Source: Podospora anserina (Eukaryota). From it: DNA of 64,000 bases. Positions 10,844 through 22,705 of this stretch are shown in pieces. The notes under the pieces are model-generated. The model ran no database searches. It was not told the origin of the DNA and saw nothing but the letters and a program-made list of their open reading frames with translations. Numbering within the stretch: position 1 is the stretch's first letter; every line of letters begins with the position of its first letter. A program made the translations under genes and the position numbers. Location of the stretch: positions 1,488,001 through 1,552,000 of the forward strand of contig CM030334.1 in the NCBI GenBank assembly GCA_017654855.1, read 5' to 3'.

Positions 10844-13651
10844 CTAACGCATATCCCTATATACCTCCCTCTGCGGCGGACGATCCAGGTACACAACCTC
10901 ATCATCCTCCCTCCCCGCCGGCGGCGGCCTAGCATAATAGCCCCCGCCACTCGGCGGACCTTGGCCCTGAGCCTGACCCCCCTGCTGCGAAGGCGGAGGC
11001 GGAGGAGGCTGAATGCTATAGCCCCTCTCCCCCACCCTCTCGGCAGGCAAAACACTATAAGACCTCGGGGGCGGCGGCTGCATCCCATAGGCAGGAACCG
11101 ACGGCGGAGCAGCGTACTCGACCCTCTGACCACCACCTCCATACGGGTCATACCGCGCCGGCTCCTGACCCGGCCTAACACTAGCCGACCTCAGGGGCAC
11201 ATACTCCTCCACTTGACCTCCGACCCTCCTCTCGTAAGCAACCGGAACCTCATATCGGATGCTCTCCGCGCCAGGCCGGACGCTGGCCGACCTCACCGTC
11301 CCAGCAGCTCCAGCACCGTAGTAATCCCTCCCCCGATCCTCAAAAGGAACCCTCTCATAGCTGGTGCTGGGTTCATAGCGAACTGTCTCCATCCCGGGCC
11401 TGACACTAGCCGGTCTGGCCATGTATTCCCGGGGAGGCTCCGCACGCGAAGGCACATACTCGTTCATAGGTGGAGGAGCCATGGGGTTGGCACTCTCGCG
11501 GTAAGCACCGTACTCTGGCTGGGTCACCGCCCGTCTCGGCGCTCCATACACAGGCTGCGCACCCTGATAGATGACCTCGTCATCCATCACCTCTGGTCTC
11601 CGTGACATCTCCCTCGCAGGATAGAGCCTCTCGCCTCTTGGGTCCGAGATCACTTCCTCGCGCACGACTGTAGTCGAACGAATGGGCTCGAGATACTCTC
11701 GGCCATGGGCATCAACAAGAATGCGTCTCACGGGTGCCCTGGGCGGAGGCATAGCTGCAGACGGCCGCTCATACATGATGGGCGATTGTGAACGGTCGCC
11801 GTACGCGACTGGGCGCATACTCATCCTGGAGGCAGCTCTGACGTCGCGATAAACGGCACCGCCTTCCTCATATGCCACAGGACGAGCAGTACGAACCTCC
11901 CGTGAAGCATATTGAGCACCTTGGGCGCCTGGGGAATCCGGACGGATGGGACGGGCGCTCACCGCTTGTCTTGGCTCATCATAGTAGACCCTTTCGACCC
12001 TCTCGTACCTTGGTGATGTGACCAAAATGGGCTCATCGTCATAGCGAGGACGATATGCCCCATCTGCTCGTCCGTAGGCCACGACCCGTTCCTGCCTGAA
12101 ACTGCCGTTAGGCTGGTAGCACTCTTGGTAACCAGTCTCTACACGGATTGGTTCTTGATACCTGTGCTCTTCGTAGGGAGAGTCAACAGCTTGCTGGCGC
12201 CCTTGCCTCTGGCGCTTGCTGGGCCGAGCATAAGGAGCGGCCGTCAGAGGGGATGGTGATCGTGGTTCAGGCTTAATGACTGGCGACACAGCAGTCTCAA
12301 CAGCCAACCTGTCCGCCTTTCTCTTGTTCTTCTTTTTGTTCTTCTTCTTATCGGCCGCCTTACCAGCCTGTGGGGAGCTCTCTGGGCTCGACGCGTTAGA
12401 TGTTTGCTTTCTAAGGGCTGCGACCTGGGCAGGAGTCGCCCTGCGTCCACTGGAGTCAGAATCAACCAAGTGAGGTTGTCTTGTGATGGCCAGAGAAGCC
12501 AGGGGAGAGACACGCTCTGGTTGGGGAGCAAGAGGGGAGAGATCGTGTCCTCGCACAACTGGGGATGTCTGATTCTGGTTCCCACGAGTTTGACTGAGTA
12601 GATGCTGGTTCCCTGGGCCACTGCCAGCACTGCCGGACGGTCCAGGACGACCGGCCAGGCCGCTACCATATGTGTTCGCCGCGCCTATTCCAGGAATTGA
12701 AAAGGAAGGAGCTGGGACAGGAAGTTTTGGGTTGGTCCGAGCCGGCTGTGGCTGATGTTGGGATATAGAAACGCCCGGTATTGACATGGGCTGAGACGTG
12801 TCGAGAAGGGATTGTGCGTGGGCAATGGCCGTCGGGAGGTCGGGCTCTGGATCGAACTCGGGCTCGTAGGGCGATTCTTCTCGCATTTCCTCGTCTTCGG
12901 ACTCGTTGGGGATTCGGGCTGCCATGACTGAATCGGGTGTACCATGTTGACTAGAGTAGAAAGTATTGTTATCGAAAGAGTCGCTCGATGCTGATGTGTT
13001 AGCAGCTGCATCATCAGTGGGCTGAGGAGGCGCATCCTCGGATAATGTCATGGCCTTGGCCAAGATGTCGTTGACATCGAGATCAGCCATCTGCTCGTGT
13101 GGCTTGCTTGTGACGCGACGCTGCTCAACTTCATCTTTGAGAGCACGCTCAATTCTCTGCCGCCGAAGCTGGATCTCAGCCTTGACCAAGTCGTCAGACT
13201 TCTCCAGCAGAACCGGATCGATCTCGGGCTTGCCAGAGCCCGAAGGCTTCTTCTGCGACAGCATGCCCAAGCCGGGAAGGTTAGTGGCCATGTATACTGA
13301 CGGAACTTGCTGGTTCGCCCGGAATGAAGGCAGATTGTTAATTAGTGGGCGACTTCCATTTACCGCAGCATTGGATGATGAGTTGGTGGCAGAAGTGGTA
13401 GAAGAAGAAGCAGGAGCTGTCGACTTTGAGCTCGCGGCTTGGGCGACTTTCCCAAGCTGTGGTGGTTTGATGCGCGGGTGAGCACCGCTGAGAACCTCGT
13501 CGCGAAACTTGAGCAGCTTCTCGTACTGCTGCACCTCGTGCAACGCGTCGGGAGACAGCGACGCTATCAATAACGTCTTCTTGCTTGCGACTCCCTCCTG
13601 TACCCCTCCTCTTTCCGCCGACATGGCTGCACCCACAGAACCTTGCGCCAT
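10844..13651 (-). CDS. Uncharacterised ~935-aa protein: N-terminal coiled coil, basic NLS-like patch, Pro/Arg/Tyr-rich low-complexity C-terminus
   Basis: Long uninterrupted ORF. Protein-like composition begins at MAQGSVG (ATG 13651), although the frame is open further upstream (ATG at 14047). Contains KKKNKKKNKRK. Confidence 0.8.
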   Translation of the reverse strand: MAQGSVGAAMSAERGGVQEGVASKKTLLIASLSPDALHEVQQYEKLLKFRDEVLSGAHPRIKPPQLGKVAQAASSKSTAPASSSTTSATNSSSNAAVNGSRPLINNLPSFRANQQVPSVYMATNLPGLGMLSQKKPSGSGKPEIDPVLLEKSDDLVKAEIQLRRQRIERALKDEVEQRRVTSKPHEQMADLDVNDILAKAMTLSEDAPPQPTDDAAANTSASSDSFDNNTFYSSQHGTPDSVMAARIPNESEDEEMREESPYEPEFDPEPDLPTAIAHAQSLLDTSQPMSIPGVSISQHQPQPARTNPKLPVPAPSFSIPGIGAANTYGSGLAGRPGPSGSAGSGPGNQHLLSQTRGNQNQTSPVVRGHDLSPLAPQPERVSPLASLAITRQPHLVDSDSSGRRATPAQVAALRKQTSNASSPESSPQAGKAADKKKNKKKNKRKADRLAVETAVSPVIKPEPRSPSPLTAAPYARPSKRQRQGRQQAVDSPYEEHRYQEPIRVETGYQECYQPNGSFRQERVVAYGRADGAYRPRYDDEPILVTSPRYERVERVYYDEPRQAVSARPIRPDSPGAQGAQYASREVRTARPVAYEEGGAVYRDVRAASRMSMRPVAYGDRSQSPIMYERPSAAMPPPRAPVRRILVDAHGREYLEPIRSTTVVREEVISDPRGERLYPAREMSRRPEVMDDEVIYQGAQPVYGAPRRAVTQPEYGAYRESANPMAPPPMNEYVPSRAEPPREYMARPASVRPGMETVRYEPSTSYERVPFEDRGRDYYGAGAAGTVRSASVRPGAESIRYEVPVAYERRVGGQVEEYVPLRSASVRPGQEPARYDPYGGGGQRVEYAAPPSVPAYGMQPPPPRSYSVLPAERVGERGYSIQPPPPPPSQQGGQAQGQGPPSGGGYYARPPPAGREDDEVVYLDRPPQREVYRDMR

Positions 13652-14424
13652 GATGATGGCTGTGTTGCAAACGTCCGTAACTCGGCACGTTAAGAGCGTC
13701 CCATCAAATGCCAAACGACGCGAAAAATCGAAAATGCTCGGGGTAAATAGATGATCGGATATCCGTACCGGAGACGCAAATGAGAATGAAGAAGCGTCTC
13801 TGCCTTTTCTTCGCGTATCAAATATGCCAACAGTGACTGAGAAAATCAGTGTCTCCGGCAGAGTCAAGTTTGGTGTGTTGTGTGTGGTTTGGGAAACTCG
13901 AACAATTTCCCAGCCGCAGCAGAAGCCAAGGCCCTGCCACCCCCCCGAGGAACCGCCAAGGTCGGGAAGCGCACTGACCACATCGGCGGGACCGTGAAAG
14001 CTTGTTTGCCAATGAGACGCAGCGTTCCTCTTCTTTTGCTCCGCCATCGAAGATGCGAGAGAGGTGCATACAGCCTGAGTCAACTTGAAAGCAGGGAAAT
14101 AGGAAGGTATTAGAGAGTTCTCTGAGGAACACAAATAGCTTCATTATTTCCCACTGAGATGAGATTCATTGTGATACCTGCTTTCTCTCAATTACACTGT
14201 GAGATCTTGACTGCTCTCCACGCCGATTAAACCTCCAACAGGGAGATACAACTTAACAATTCTCTGTCTCCAACTCACTTACAACAATTTACTTCTTTCA
14301 TCACAACAGTCATATTGACATCCACATCTACAACCCCAAATACTAGATCAATTCTGAAGAGATATCTCCTATTGAGCCATTCTTAGATCATTTGAGACCC
14401 AGCATACTCAACAGCATCATCACA

Positions 14425-15339
14425 ATGGAATCAGAAGCCCAAGCCGTCAACGGGACCAGTCCCTCACCCAAACAAGTCTTTTTTTTGTAAGTGACAAAAC
14501 ACCCAATCATTATCTCATGAATGAATGAACATAGTCTAACAACACTCAGTGACATCGACAACTGCCTCTACCCCAAGAGTACCCCCTCCCCTCTCACCCC
14601 CTCAACCCAACTCGCTCACTAACCCTGAACTCAGGCGCCCGCGTCCACGACCTCATGGCCGAGCTGATTGACAAGTACTTCGCCACCCACCTCTCCCTCC
14701 CCTACGAAGACGCCGTCCGGCTCCACAAGGAATACTACCAAAACTACGGCCTCGCCATCGAAGGCCTCGTCCGTCACCACCAAATTGACCCCCTCGAGTA
14801 CAACGCCAAAGTCGACGACGCCCTCCCCCTAGACGACATCATCAAGCCCCGCGAGGACCTCAAGAAGCTCCTCCGCGACATTGACACCTCCAAAGTCAGG
14901 CTCTGGCTGTTCACAAACGCCTACGTCAACCACGCCAAGAGGGTGGTGAAACTGCTAGAGATAGAGGACTTCTTCGAAGGGGTGACGTATTGTGATTATG
15001 CGGCGCCGAGGCTGATGTGCAAGCCTCATGAGGAGGCGTATGAGAAGGCGATGAGGGAGGCGGGGGTGGAGAGGAGGGAGGATTGTTATTTTGTTGGTGA
15101 GTTCTACTTAACTGTGCCATGAAAATCTTGTGTTGTGTTGATTGCTGACTTGGATCAAAGATGACTCGTACCAAAACTGCAAAAAGGCCCAAGAAATAGG
15201 CTGGAACGTCGCCCACCTTGTCGAAGAGGGTGTCAAGTCCCCCAGGACACAAGCGTGCAAGTTCCAAATAAGCCACTTGGATGAGCTGCGCACTTGCTTC
15301 CCAGAGGTCTTCAAGAAGCCGGAAACGTCCTCGGAATAG
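14425..15339 (+). CDS. SDT1: HAD-family pyrimidine 5'-nucleotidase (Sdt1/Phm8-like); exons 14425-14486, 14550-14578, 14635-15096, 15161-15339
   Basis: The spliced product gives HAD motif I FFFDIDNCLY, LFTNA, CKP and FVDDS; three in-phase GT-AG introns. Confidence 0.9.
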
Positions 15340-15576
15340 TCGATTCCATTCATGCGTATTCAAACGTTACCAGACATAGAACAGAAGGAGAATAAATAGA
15401 TACTCATGTGGATTCCATGCTTAATTTCTTTCCCTGATTATCGAATCCTAAGCCTCTGATAACCAGCCGATAATCAATGCCAAACGCCATACCCCATGCC
15501 TTTTTCATCCATTGCTGTCCCAGAACCCAGACGCTTGATATGTCAAACAACGCTATGCAAACCCTCCCCCTTGTCA

Positions 15577-16052
15577 TCAGTGCCTCCTAATCAGCCTAAC
15601 CAACCCATCCAACCTCTTCAAAACCTCATCCCGCTCCCTCAACGCCTCCTGCCTCTGCTGCTCCGCCGCCCCCAGCTCCTCCTCCAACTCCCGTATCATC
15701 TGCAACTGGTCTCTTTCACTATTATCTAAACCCGGCAACGTCGAGATCAAATACTCGATCTGCTGCTCCTTCGTGATGAGATCTCTAGCGAGCTCGAGCT
15801 GCCCAGCCTTGAATTGTTCAGGGTCGAGGGTATCAACCTCGGGGGGCTGGTCTTGTTTGAGTTCGGGGATTTTGTCGTTGGGGGAGAATTTTTGGAGGTC
15901 GTGGTGGCGTTCGTTGTAGTAGAGGGCTGCTATGAATTGGGTGAGGAGCTGTGGGAGGGGGAGGTTAGTGATGGTTGGGAGGGGGGGAGGGAGGGAGGCG
16001 GAGGACAGACTTGATCCATGGACTCTTGGAGTTGAGTCAGTTTGTCGCCCAT
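15577..16052 (-). CDS. SRB7: Mediator subunit 21; exons 16052-16011 and 15948-15577 (absent from the ORF track)
   Basis: Hand translation [23 protein letters not shown]...[30 protein letters not shown] matches the Med21/Srb7 signature; the intron has a CTAAC branch point. Confidence 0.92.
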
Positions 16053-16133
16053 TTTTGAGAGTAGATTGATGAGCGCAAATCGGAGGGCGGGTGTGGTTTG
16101 CGGGTTGGATTTGGTGTTTGCTGTTGGGTAAAT

Positions 16134-16138
<5 letters not shown>

Positions 16139-16167
<29 letters not shown>
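16139..16167. repeat. (GA)n microsatellite in the Med21/Rrg7-like divergent promoter
   Basis: Perfect GA run. Confidence 0.95.
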
Positions 16168-16169
<2 letters not shown>

Positions 16170-16388
16170 ACCTGATGCGCTCGCGTTGTGGTTGGTCGAG
16201 TGTTGATAAGATAAGAGCTCAATGGTAGAAAAGTGGATCCACGTTATTTGCCGGTCGATCGCGTGCCGGACCGCGTCTTAAATTTCAACGGCCCCTGCCG
16301 TGTGCACCCTTGCGGCCGGAATTGTTTTTGACGTGGGGTTGTCTTCGATGCGACAGAATTGACACCAATTGGTGCTATACAAGCGATA

Positions 16389-17252
16389 ATGCGCCGTCTA
16401 CTTCTCTCCCGGCCATCCTCCCTATCCCTCCTCACCACCGCCCCTCAACGAGCCTTCTGCGCCAGCGCCCCTCTCTCAACAACAACAACCCCCTCCCTCG
16501 AACTCAGAACTGCACAGCCACCCGCAGAAGAACCCTCCCCTTCTCAACCAGAGCAACCAAAGGAAGATTCAGAACAACAACCCCCAGAACCAAACCTCCC
16601 CTCCCCCTACACCTTCCCCCTCCCCCTCGCCCCAACCACCAACCACTCCTCCCTCCCCACCTTCCTCACCTACGCCTCCCACACCTCCCTCGACCCAACC
16701 TCCACCGTCTACATAGGCACCCACTACGAGTACACCGCCATCCTCTCCCTCACCCGCCTAGCCTTCACCCTCCACCGCGTCGGCGGCCGCTCCGACCACG
16801 GCATTGACCTCCTCGGCTTCTGGTCCCCCATCCCAAACTCCCCAGACCCACCCCTCAGAGTCCTCGCCCAATGCAAAGTCACCAAAACAGCCAAACCGGT
16901 ATACATCCGCGAGCTGGAAGGCGCCTTCATCGGAGCCCCTCCCGGGTGGCGCTCAAAGGGCGTTATCGGAGCACTAGTCGCAGAAAAGACTGCAACAAAA
17001 GGTGTCAGGGATGCGATTGGGAGGAGTAAATGGCCGATGGTGTACATTGTTTGTTCTAGGGAGGGGGTGGTGAGCCAGATGCTGTGGAATCAGAGGGCGG
17101 TGGAGGAGGGGGGGTTGGAAGGGTTGGGGGTGGGGAGTAAATATAGGGTTGCTGAGGATGGGGAGCAGGTGGAGGAGGTGATGTTGACGTGGAAGGGGAG
17201 GGAGGTTAAGGCCCTCAAGGAGAAAAAAACGAGGGAAAAGAAGGCTGAGTAA
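16389..17252 (+). CDS. RRG7: Rrg7/DUF2034-like mitochondrial protein with a restriction-endonuclease-like motif
   Basis: Arg/Ser/Leu-rich N-terminal presequence; motifs GTHYEY, VGGRSDHGIDL, VLAQCK, IRELEG. Confidence 0.78.
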   Translation: MRRLLLSRPSSLSLLTTAPQRAFCASAPLSTTTTPSLELRTAQPPAEEPSPSQPEQPKEDSEQQPPEPNLPSPYTFPLPLAPTTNHSSLPTFLTYASHTSLDPTSTVYIGTHYEYTAILSLTRLAFTLHRVGGRSDHGIDLLGFWSPIPNSPDPPLRVLAQCKVTKTAKPVYIRELEGAFIGAPPGWRSKGVIGALVAEKTATKGVRDAIGRSKWPMVYIVCSREGVVSQMLWNQRAVEEGGLEGLGVGSKYRVAEDGEQVEEVMLTWKGREVKALKEKKTREKKAE

Positions 17253-17546
17253 AGTATTGGTCTTGGGAGAGTGCTCGAGTGTAATGATCTGATCTGGCGC
17301 ATTGCTGGAGAAGGGATGAGGTCAGTCAGTCAAATCAAGGTGAGAGATTCTTGGTATATATGTTGCGCTAACAGTTACAGCTATGTGCCCCAAATACTCC
17401 CATGGCTTTATGTGAGAAATCCACCACGCTATGTCGACCGCCGTGCAAACCTCCGCTTCCTCGGAAAGTCAATCATTATCCAAGATAACCACGCCTGAGG
17501 GAAACAGGACTTGTAAAACCCGCCGAGGACACCGACACACCAGCAA

Positions 17547-18116
17547 TTAATCATCCCAAATAGCCGCCTTGGCCTTCTGCGCCTCCTCTTCCTTCTTCCT
17601 CTGCCTCTCCCTCTCCTCCTCCCTCCTCTTCTTCTCCTGCTCCTTGACCGCCCGATCATACGCCTTTTGCTCCTCGGTCGCCCTCGGCGCCCGAAGCCCC
17701 AACCCAGCAGCAATCATGCGTCGCGCCACGGCATCGGTCTTTTCTGGGCGTCTGTCTGGTGCGGCGCCTGCTGATCGAGGACTTGAGTCGGCGCCTGGTC
17801 CGTCAAAAGATGTGAAACCGAACGTGCCGGGGGCGTTGAGCGCTGATGGCGAAAAGGGCTGCTTCTTGGCTATGGGCGACATGGGGGTTGGTGGGGGCGC
17901 GTTGGTGCCGGTTTGGGTGCTGTATAGTGGCGTTTCTTCTGATTCTGAGGCATCATCGTTGTCTTCTTCGTCCTCCCAGCTGTCGGCGACGGGGGCGGCG
18001 GCGGCGGCCTTTTTCTTGGAGGGGGCGGGTTTTTGGAGTTTGTCGAGGGAGGAGGTTTTGAGGGAGAGTTTGGTGACTGAGGTAATGAGGTCGTCGGGGG
18101 TGGTGTTGGAGGTCAT
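17547..18116 (-). CDS. Small conserved-looking protein with an acidic DSWEDEE motif and a C-terminal coiled coil
   Basis: 189-aa ORF with a good start context (CACCATG) and RPEKTDAVARRMIAAGLG...IWDD. Confidence 0.82.
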   Translation of the reverse strand: MTSNTTPDDLITSVTKLSLKTSSLDKLQKPAPSKKKAAAAAPVADSWEDEEDNDDASESEETPLYSTQTGTNAPPPTPMSPIAKKQPFSPSALNAPGTFGFTSFDGPGADSSPRSAGAAPDRRPEKTDAVARRMIAAGLGLRAPRATEEQKAYDRAVKEQEKKRREEERERQRKKEEEAQKAKAAIWDD

Positions 18117-19278
18117 GGTGGTGGTTTGGGGTTGGGGGGGCTATGCACTCAGCGTATGGGGATGGGTTTTGCTTCGAGATATAGAGAGAGAAAAGACTGA
18201 AGAGCTGAGAGTGCAAGTGGGGGGGGGGTTGAATATAAAGGGACAGACGGCAAAAAACCCACAGGCTGGCTGTTGGGTCCAAAGGTGAGACGCCAGTGAA
18301 AGGGAGCGTCCCTGTTGAACTAGGGGTTGCCCGGGTTTTGATCACGCGCTGGCGAGGCTACGCCGTAGAAGAAGCTGGGGAGAACCCCGAAGTAAAAGCA
18401 GTGCCGCTTCTGGGCGTCCGACCGGCGTGGGGCAATATGCTGTTGGAATTTGGAGTTGAATTCTGGTTGGGGTTCTTGGGGTAGTAGAACCAACAGACTG
18501 CCGGATATAGTGCGAAGAATGAGATGGTCGTACAGAGGGGACAGGTCTGTAAAAGTATCCTTCTTGATCTATAGTGACAATTAACCTATAGCCAGGAAAA
18601 GATCGGCCTTTGTCAAATCCTCCATCAATGCTGATGTCAATTTAGAGGGCCCTGAGGTTTGGAAACGCAAGCCCCTGCCGTTGAAACAAAGCCCAACACC
18701 GAGCTTGCAATTGCGGGGGCGGGGCACTGTGGAGAAAGGCTCCCACGGAACGGTGCCGGCGATGACGGAGGCTGAAAGCTGCCTGTGGCTTGAACAGCCG
18801 GGACCCCTGTTGCGCGGGTCTGGGCGCCGTGCGTTGCCGCCTGTACAGTTGCCAGTAGGTTCTACCGTTTGCCGAAAACTGTATCTAGCAGCTCTCGCCT
18901 CCTGCTGGCAGCTTCAATCGCATTATTCAGACAATCACCAACTGACTCCCGCTGCCGTGTTGCTTGGCCGTGTCCCCGTCCGTACCTCGGAGCTTTTTCA
19001 TTAAAAAGTAGTGAAATCCCCTTCCGACGTCTAGGATTTGCTCCCGGTCTTTTTTTTTTTTTACTTCTTCACTTTTGTGTACATTATTTCCCTCCCTCAA
19101 GCTCGAACTCGACTACTAATCAATCCCTCGCTGCTCTCCATCTCCACGCAGTTTGAGAGCTCGAGCTTGATTACAAACCTACCCGCAAAATCCTGACGTC
19201 AAACCGCCCTACACCACCCCCTCCGCCAAACCGCAACGAGATATCTGTTTTTTTCTCCCCCTCCTCGCACTGCCCACA

Positions 19279-22200
19279 ATGCTGCCGCGACAGCGCGTCC
19301 TGCGCATGCCCTCGCCGAGGCATTCGGTTCTCCTCTCTACAGCTTCCAGACGAACAAGCATCTGCTCGGTAAGAGCTTCGTTACGACAGGGCCAACACAT
19401 CACGCCGCGGCTGCAGGGCTTCTCGAGGGACAGCTTTTCGTCGTCGCTTTCGCCATTCTCCACGCATGCCGCTTTAGGGAAACAGCAAAAGGGTTCGGGC
19501 TTCTTTGACGGCATCGAGCCGTTAACGGAGGAGGAAAAAAAGGCGAATCAGGAGAACCAGGAAAAGGAAGCGGCGGCTGAGGAGAAGGAGGAGAAGGATG
19601 TTGAAAAGGCAAAGCCTTCTTCTAGCTCCGAGGCGAAGACGAAAGAGGGCGGCGGCCAGGGAATACCCGAGTCGCCGGAGAACAAGGGGAGTGCTGCCGC
19701 CGGGAGTGCCGCCTCGGGGTCATCGGGGGAGGGGTCAGGAGGGGATGGGGGGAAGAGGGGACGGAAGCCGGGTGACAAGGCGCTTGCGAAGCCTGTCGTG
19801 CCTGAGGTTTACCCTCAGGTGATGGCTATCCCGATTGCGAAGAGGCCGTTGTTCCCCGGGTTTTACAAGGCGATCACTATCAAGGATCCCAATGTTGCCG
19901 CCGCCATCACCGAGATGATCAAGCGTGGTCAACCATATGTCGGTGCGTTCCTGTTCAAGGACGAGAATGCGGATGACGATGTTATCCGAAGTGCCGACGA
20001 GGTCCACGACGTCGGCGTGTTTGCTCAGATTACCAGCGCTTTTCCTATGACGGGCCAAGGTGGTGAGGGAACAAGTCTCACTGCGATTCTTTACCCTCAC
20101 CGTAGAATCAAGCTTTCTGAGTTGATTCCTCCGGGAGCTGCGGATGCCGCTGGAAAGACCCCGGCGGCTACGGAACCCACACCAGAACCGATACCCAAGG
20201 CTACAGATGAGTCTGCCCAGAAGGGCGATGTTGTCGCGAGCTTTGAGGAGAGCGCCGTTGTACCGCCACCAAAATCAGACGTTACGCAGAAGCAATATGA
20301 GCCAACATCCTTCCTCAAGAAGTATCCCGTCAGTCTGGTTAACGTTGAGAACCTTACCGAAGAGCCTTACGACCCCAAGAGCCAGGTGATCCGGGCCGTT
20401 ACTAACGAGATCGTCAATGTCTTCAAGGAGGTCGCTAGCATGAACTCTTTGTTTAGAGATCAGATTTCAACCTTCTCCATGAGCCAGTCTACCGGCAATG
20501 TCATGTCTGAGCCGGCCAAGCTTGCCGACTTTGCCGCAGCGGTGTCGGCTGGTGATCCCAATGAGCTTCAGGAGGTTCTGTCGAGCTTGAACGTCGAGGA
20601 CAGGATGCACAAGGCTCTTCTTGTGCTCAAAAAGGAGCACGTCAACGCTCAGCTTCAGTCCAAGATCACCAAGGATGTGGAGAACAAGATCACCAAACGT
20701 CAGCGGGAGTACTGGTTGACGGAGCAGATGAAAGGCATCAAGCGTGAGCTTGGGCTGGAATCAGACGGCAAGGACAAGCTGGTGGAGAAGTTCAAGGAGA
20801 AGGCCGACAAGCTGGCCATGCCGGAAGCTGTGCGCAAGGTGTTTGATGATGAGCTGAACAAGCTTGCGCACCTGGAGCCGGCGGCGTCAGAGTTCAACGT
20901 CACTCGCAACTACCTCGACTGGCTTACGCAGATCCCATGGGGTCTGCGCAGCGCCGAGAACTTTGGCATCCAGCACGCCATGACTGTTTTGGACGAGGAT
21001 CACTACGGTCTCAAGGACGTCAAGGACCGCATTCTCGAGTTTATCGCCGTCGGGAAGCTGCGCGGGACTGTCGAGGGCAAGATCCTCTGCTTTGTTGGTC
21101 CGCCAGGTGTGGGCAAGACCAGTATTGGCAAATCGATTGCTCGCGCGCTCAACCGGCAATACTACCGCTTCAGCGTAGGTGGTCTTGCCGATGTTGCTGA
21201 AATCAAGGGTCACAGGAGGACGTACGTCGGTGCGTTGCCCGGCCGCGTCATTCAGGCGTTGAAGAAGTGCAAGACGGAGAACCCCCTGATTCTCATTGAC
21301 GAAATCGACAAGATTGGTCGTGGATACCAGGGCGACCCATCGTCTGCTCTTCTTGAGTTGCTTGATCCCGAGCAGAACAGCTCTTTCCTCGATCACTACC
21401 TCGATGTCCCGGTGGATTTGTCTAGGGTCTTGTTTGTCTGCACCGCCAACATGACGGATACGATTCCCAGGCCGCTGCTGGACCGCATGGAGGTGATCAG
21501 ACTGAGCGGGTATGTGTCTGATGAGAAGATGGCGATTGCAGAGAGGTATCTTGCTCCTCAGGCGCAGGAGCTGGCTGGGTTGAAGGGGGTGGATGTGGAG
21601 CTTACCAAAGATGCTATCGAGGAGCTGATCAAGTCTTACTGCCGGGAGGCGGGTGTCCGCAACCTCAAGAAGCAGATTGAGAAGGTTTATCGCAAGAGCG
21701 CGCTGAAGATTGTGCAGGAGCTTGGGGAGGAGGTGCTGCCTGAGGAAGAGGCGCTGACGGACGAGGGCAAGGTTGCGAAGGAGGAGTCGGCGAAGGAGGA
21801 GACTGAGCAATCGGAGGAGCCGGCCACTGCCAACACGGAGGCGACGGAGAAGGAGACTACCGAGGTGCCGAGGGTGGCCCTCAAGGTCCCCGAGAGCGTC
21901 CACGTCACCATCGACAAGGACAACCTCAAGGACTACGTCGGCCCCCCTGTTTTTACGTCTGACCGTCTTTATGATATCACCCCCCCGGGAGTAACCATGG
22001 GTTTGGCGTGGACGCAACTCGGCGGCGCGGCCATGTACGTCGAGGCGATTCTCCAGTCGGCCCTCAAGCCGGCCTCGCGGCCGTCGCTTGAGATTACGGG
22101 CAACCTCAAGACTGTGATGAAGGAGAGCTCTGCCATTGCGTACAGCTTTGCCAAGTCGTACATGGCGAACAATTTTCCCAAGAATGACTTTTTGGACCAC

Positions 22201-22705
22201 GCCAAGATTCATGTGCATGTGCCTGAGGGGGCGGTGCAGAAGGATGGGCCGTCGGCGGGGATCACGATGGCGACGAGCCTGTTGAGTCTGGCGCTGGACA
22301 GGCAGGTTGATCCGGCGGTGGCGATGACGGGGGAGTTGACGCTGACGGGGAAGGTGCTGAGGATTGGGGGGTTGAGGGAGAAGACTGTGGCGGCGAGGAG
22401 GGCGGGGTGCAAGATGGTTTTGTTTCCGAGGGATAATGAGAGTGATTGGTTGGAGTTGCCTGAGGTGAGTTTGAAACCTTTTTTTTTTTTAAGATAAAAA
22501 AAAATTGCCTGGATGAAAAGCTAATGTGGTTTTACAGAATATCAAGGAGGGAATCGAAGGCAGGCCGGTGAGTTGGTATTCGGAGGTTTTTGACCTTATT
22601 TTCCCTGATCTGGACAAGGAGAAGGCGAATAAGAGTAGGGTGGTGGTGGCTGAGAACAAGGAGAAGAAGGAGGAGGAGAAGAAGGATGGGGAGGAGAGTG
22701 ATTAG
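19279..22705 (+). CDS. PIM1: Mitochondrial Lon protease; exons 19279-22464 and 22538-22705
   Basis: Walker A GPPGVGKT, Walker B LILIDEIDK, catalytic KDGPSAG and IGGLREK; one GTGAGT...CTAAT...CAG intron in phase. Confidence 0.97.

Noticed and set aside
13652-14134. N-terminal 160 codons of the 1096-aa track ORF
   Set aside because: UTR-like composition and very close to the divergent SDT1 start; treated as non-coding, though the ATG at 14047 is not excluded.
20887-22218. 443-aa ORF antisense to PIM1
   Set aside because: Shadow frame produced by the codon bias of the real gene.
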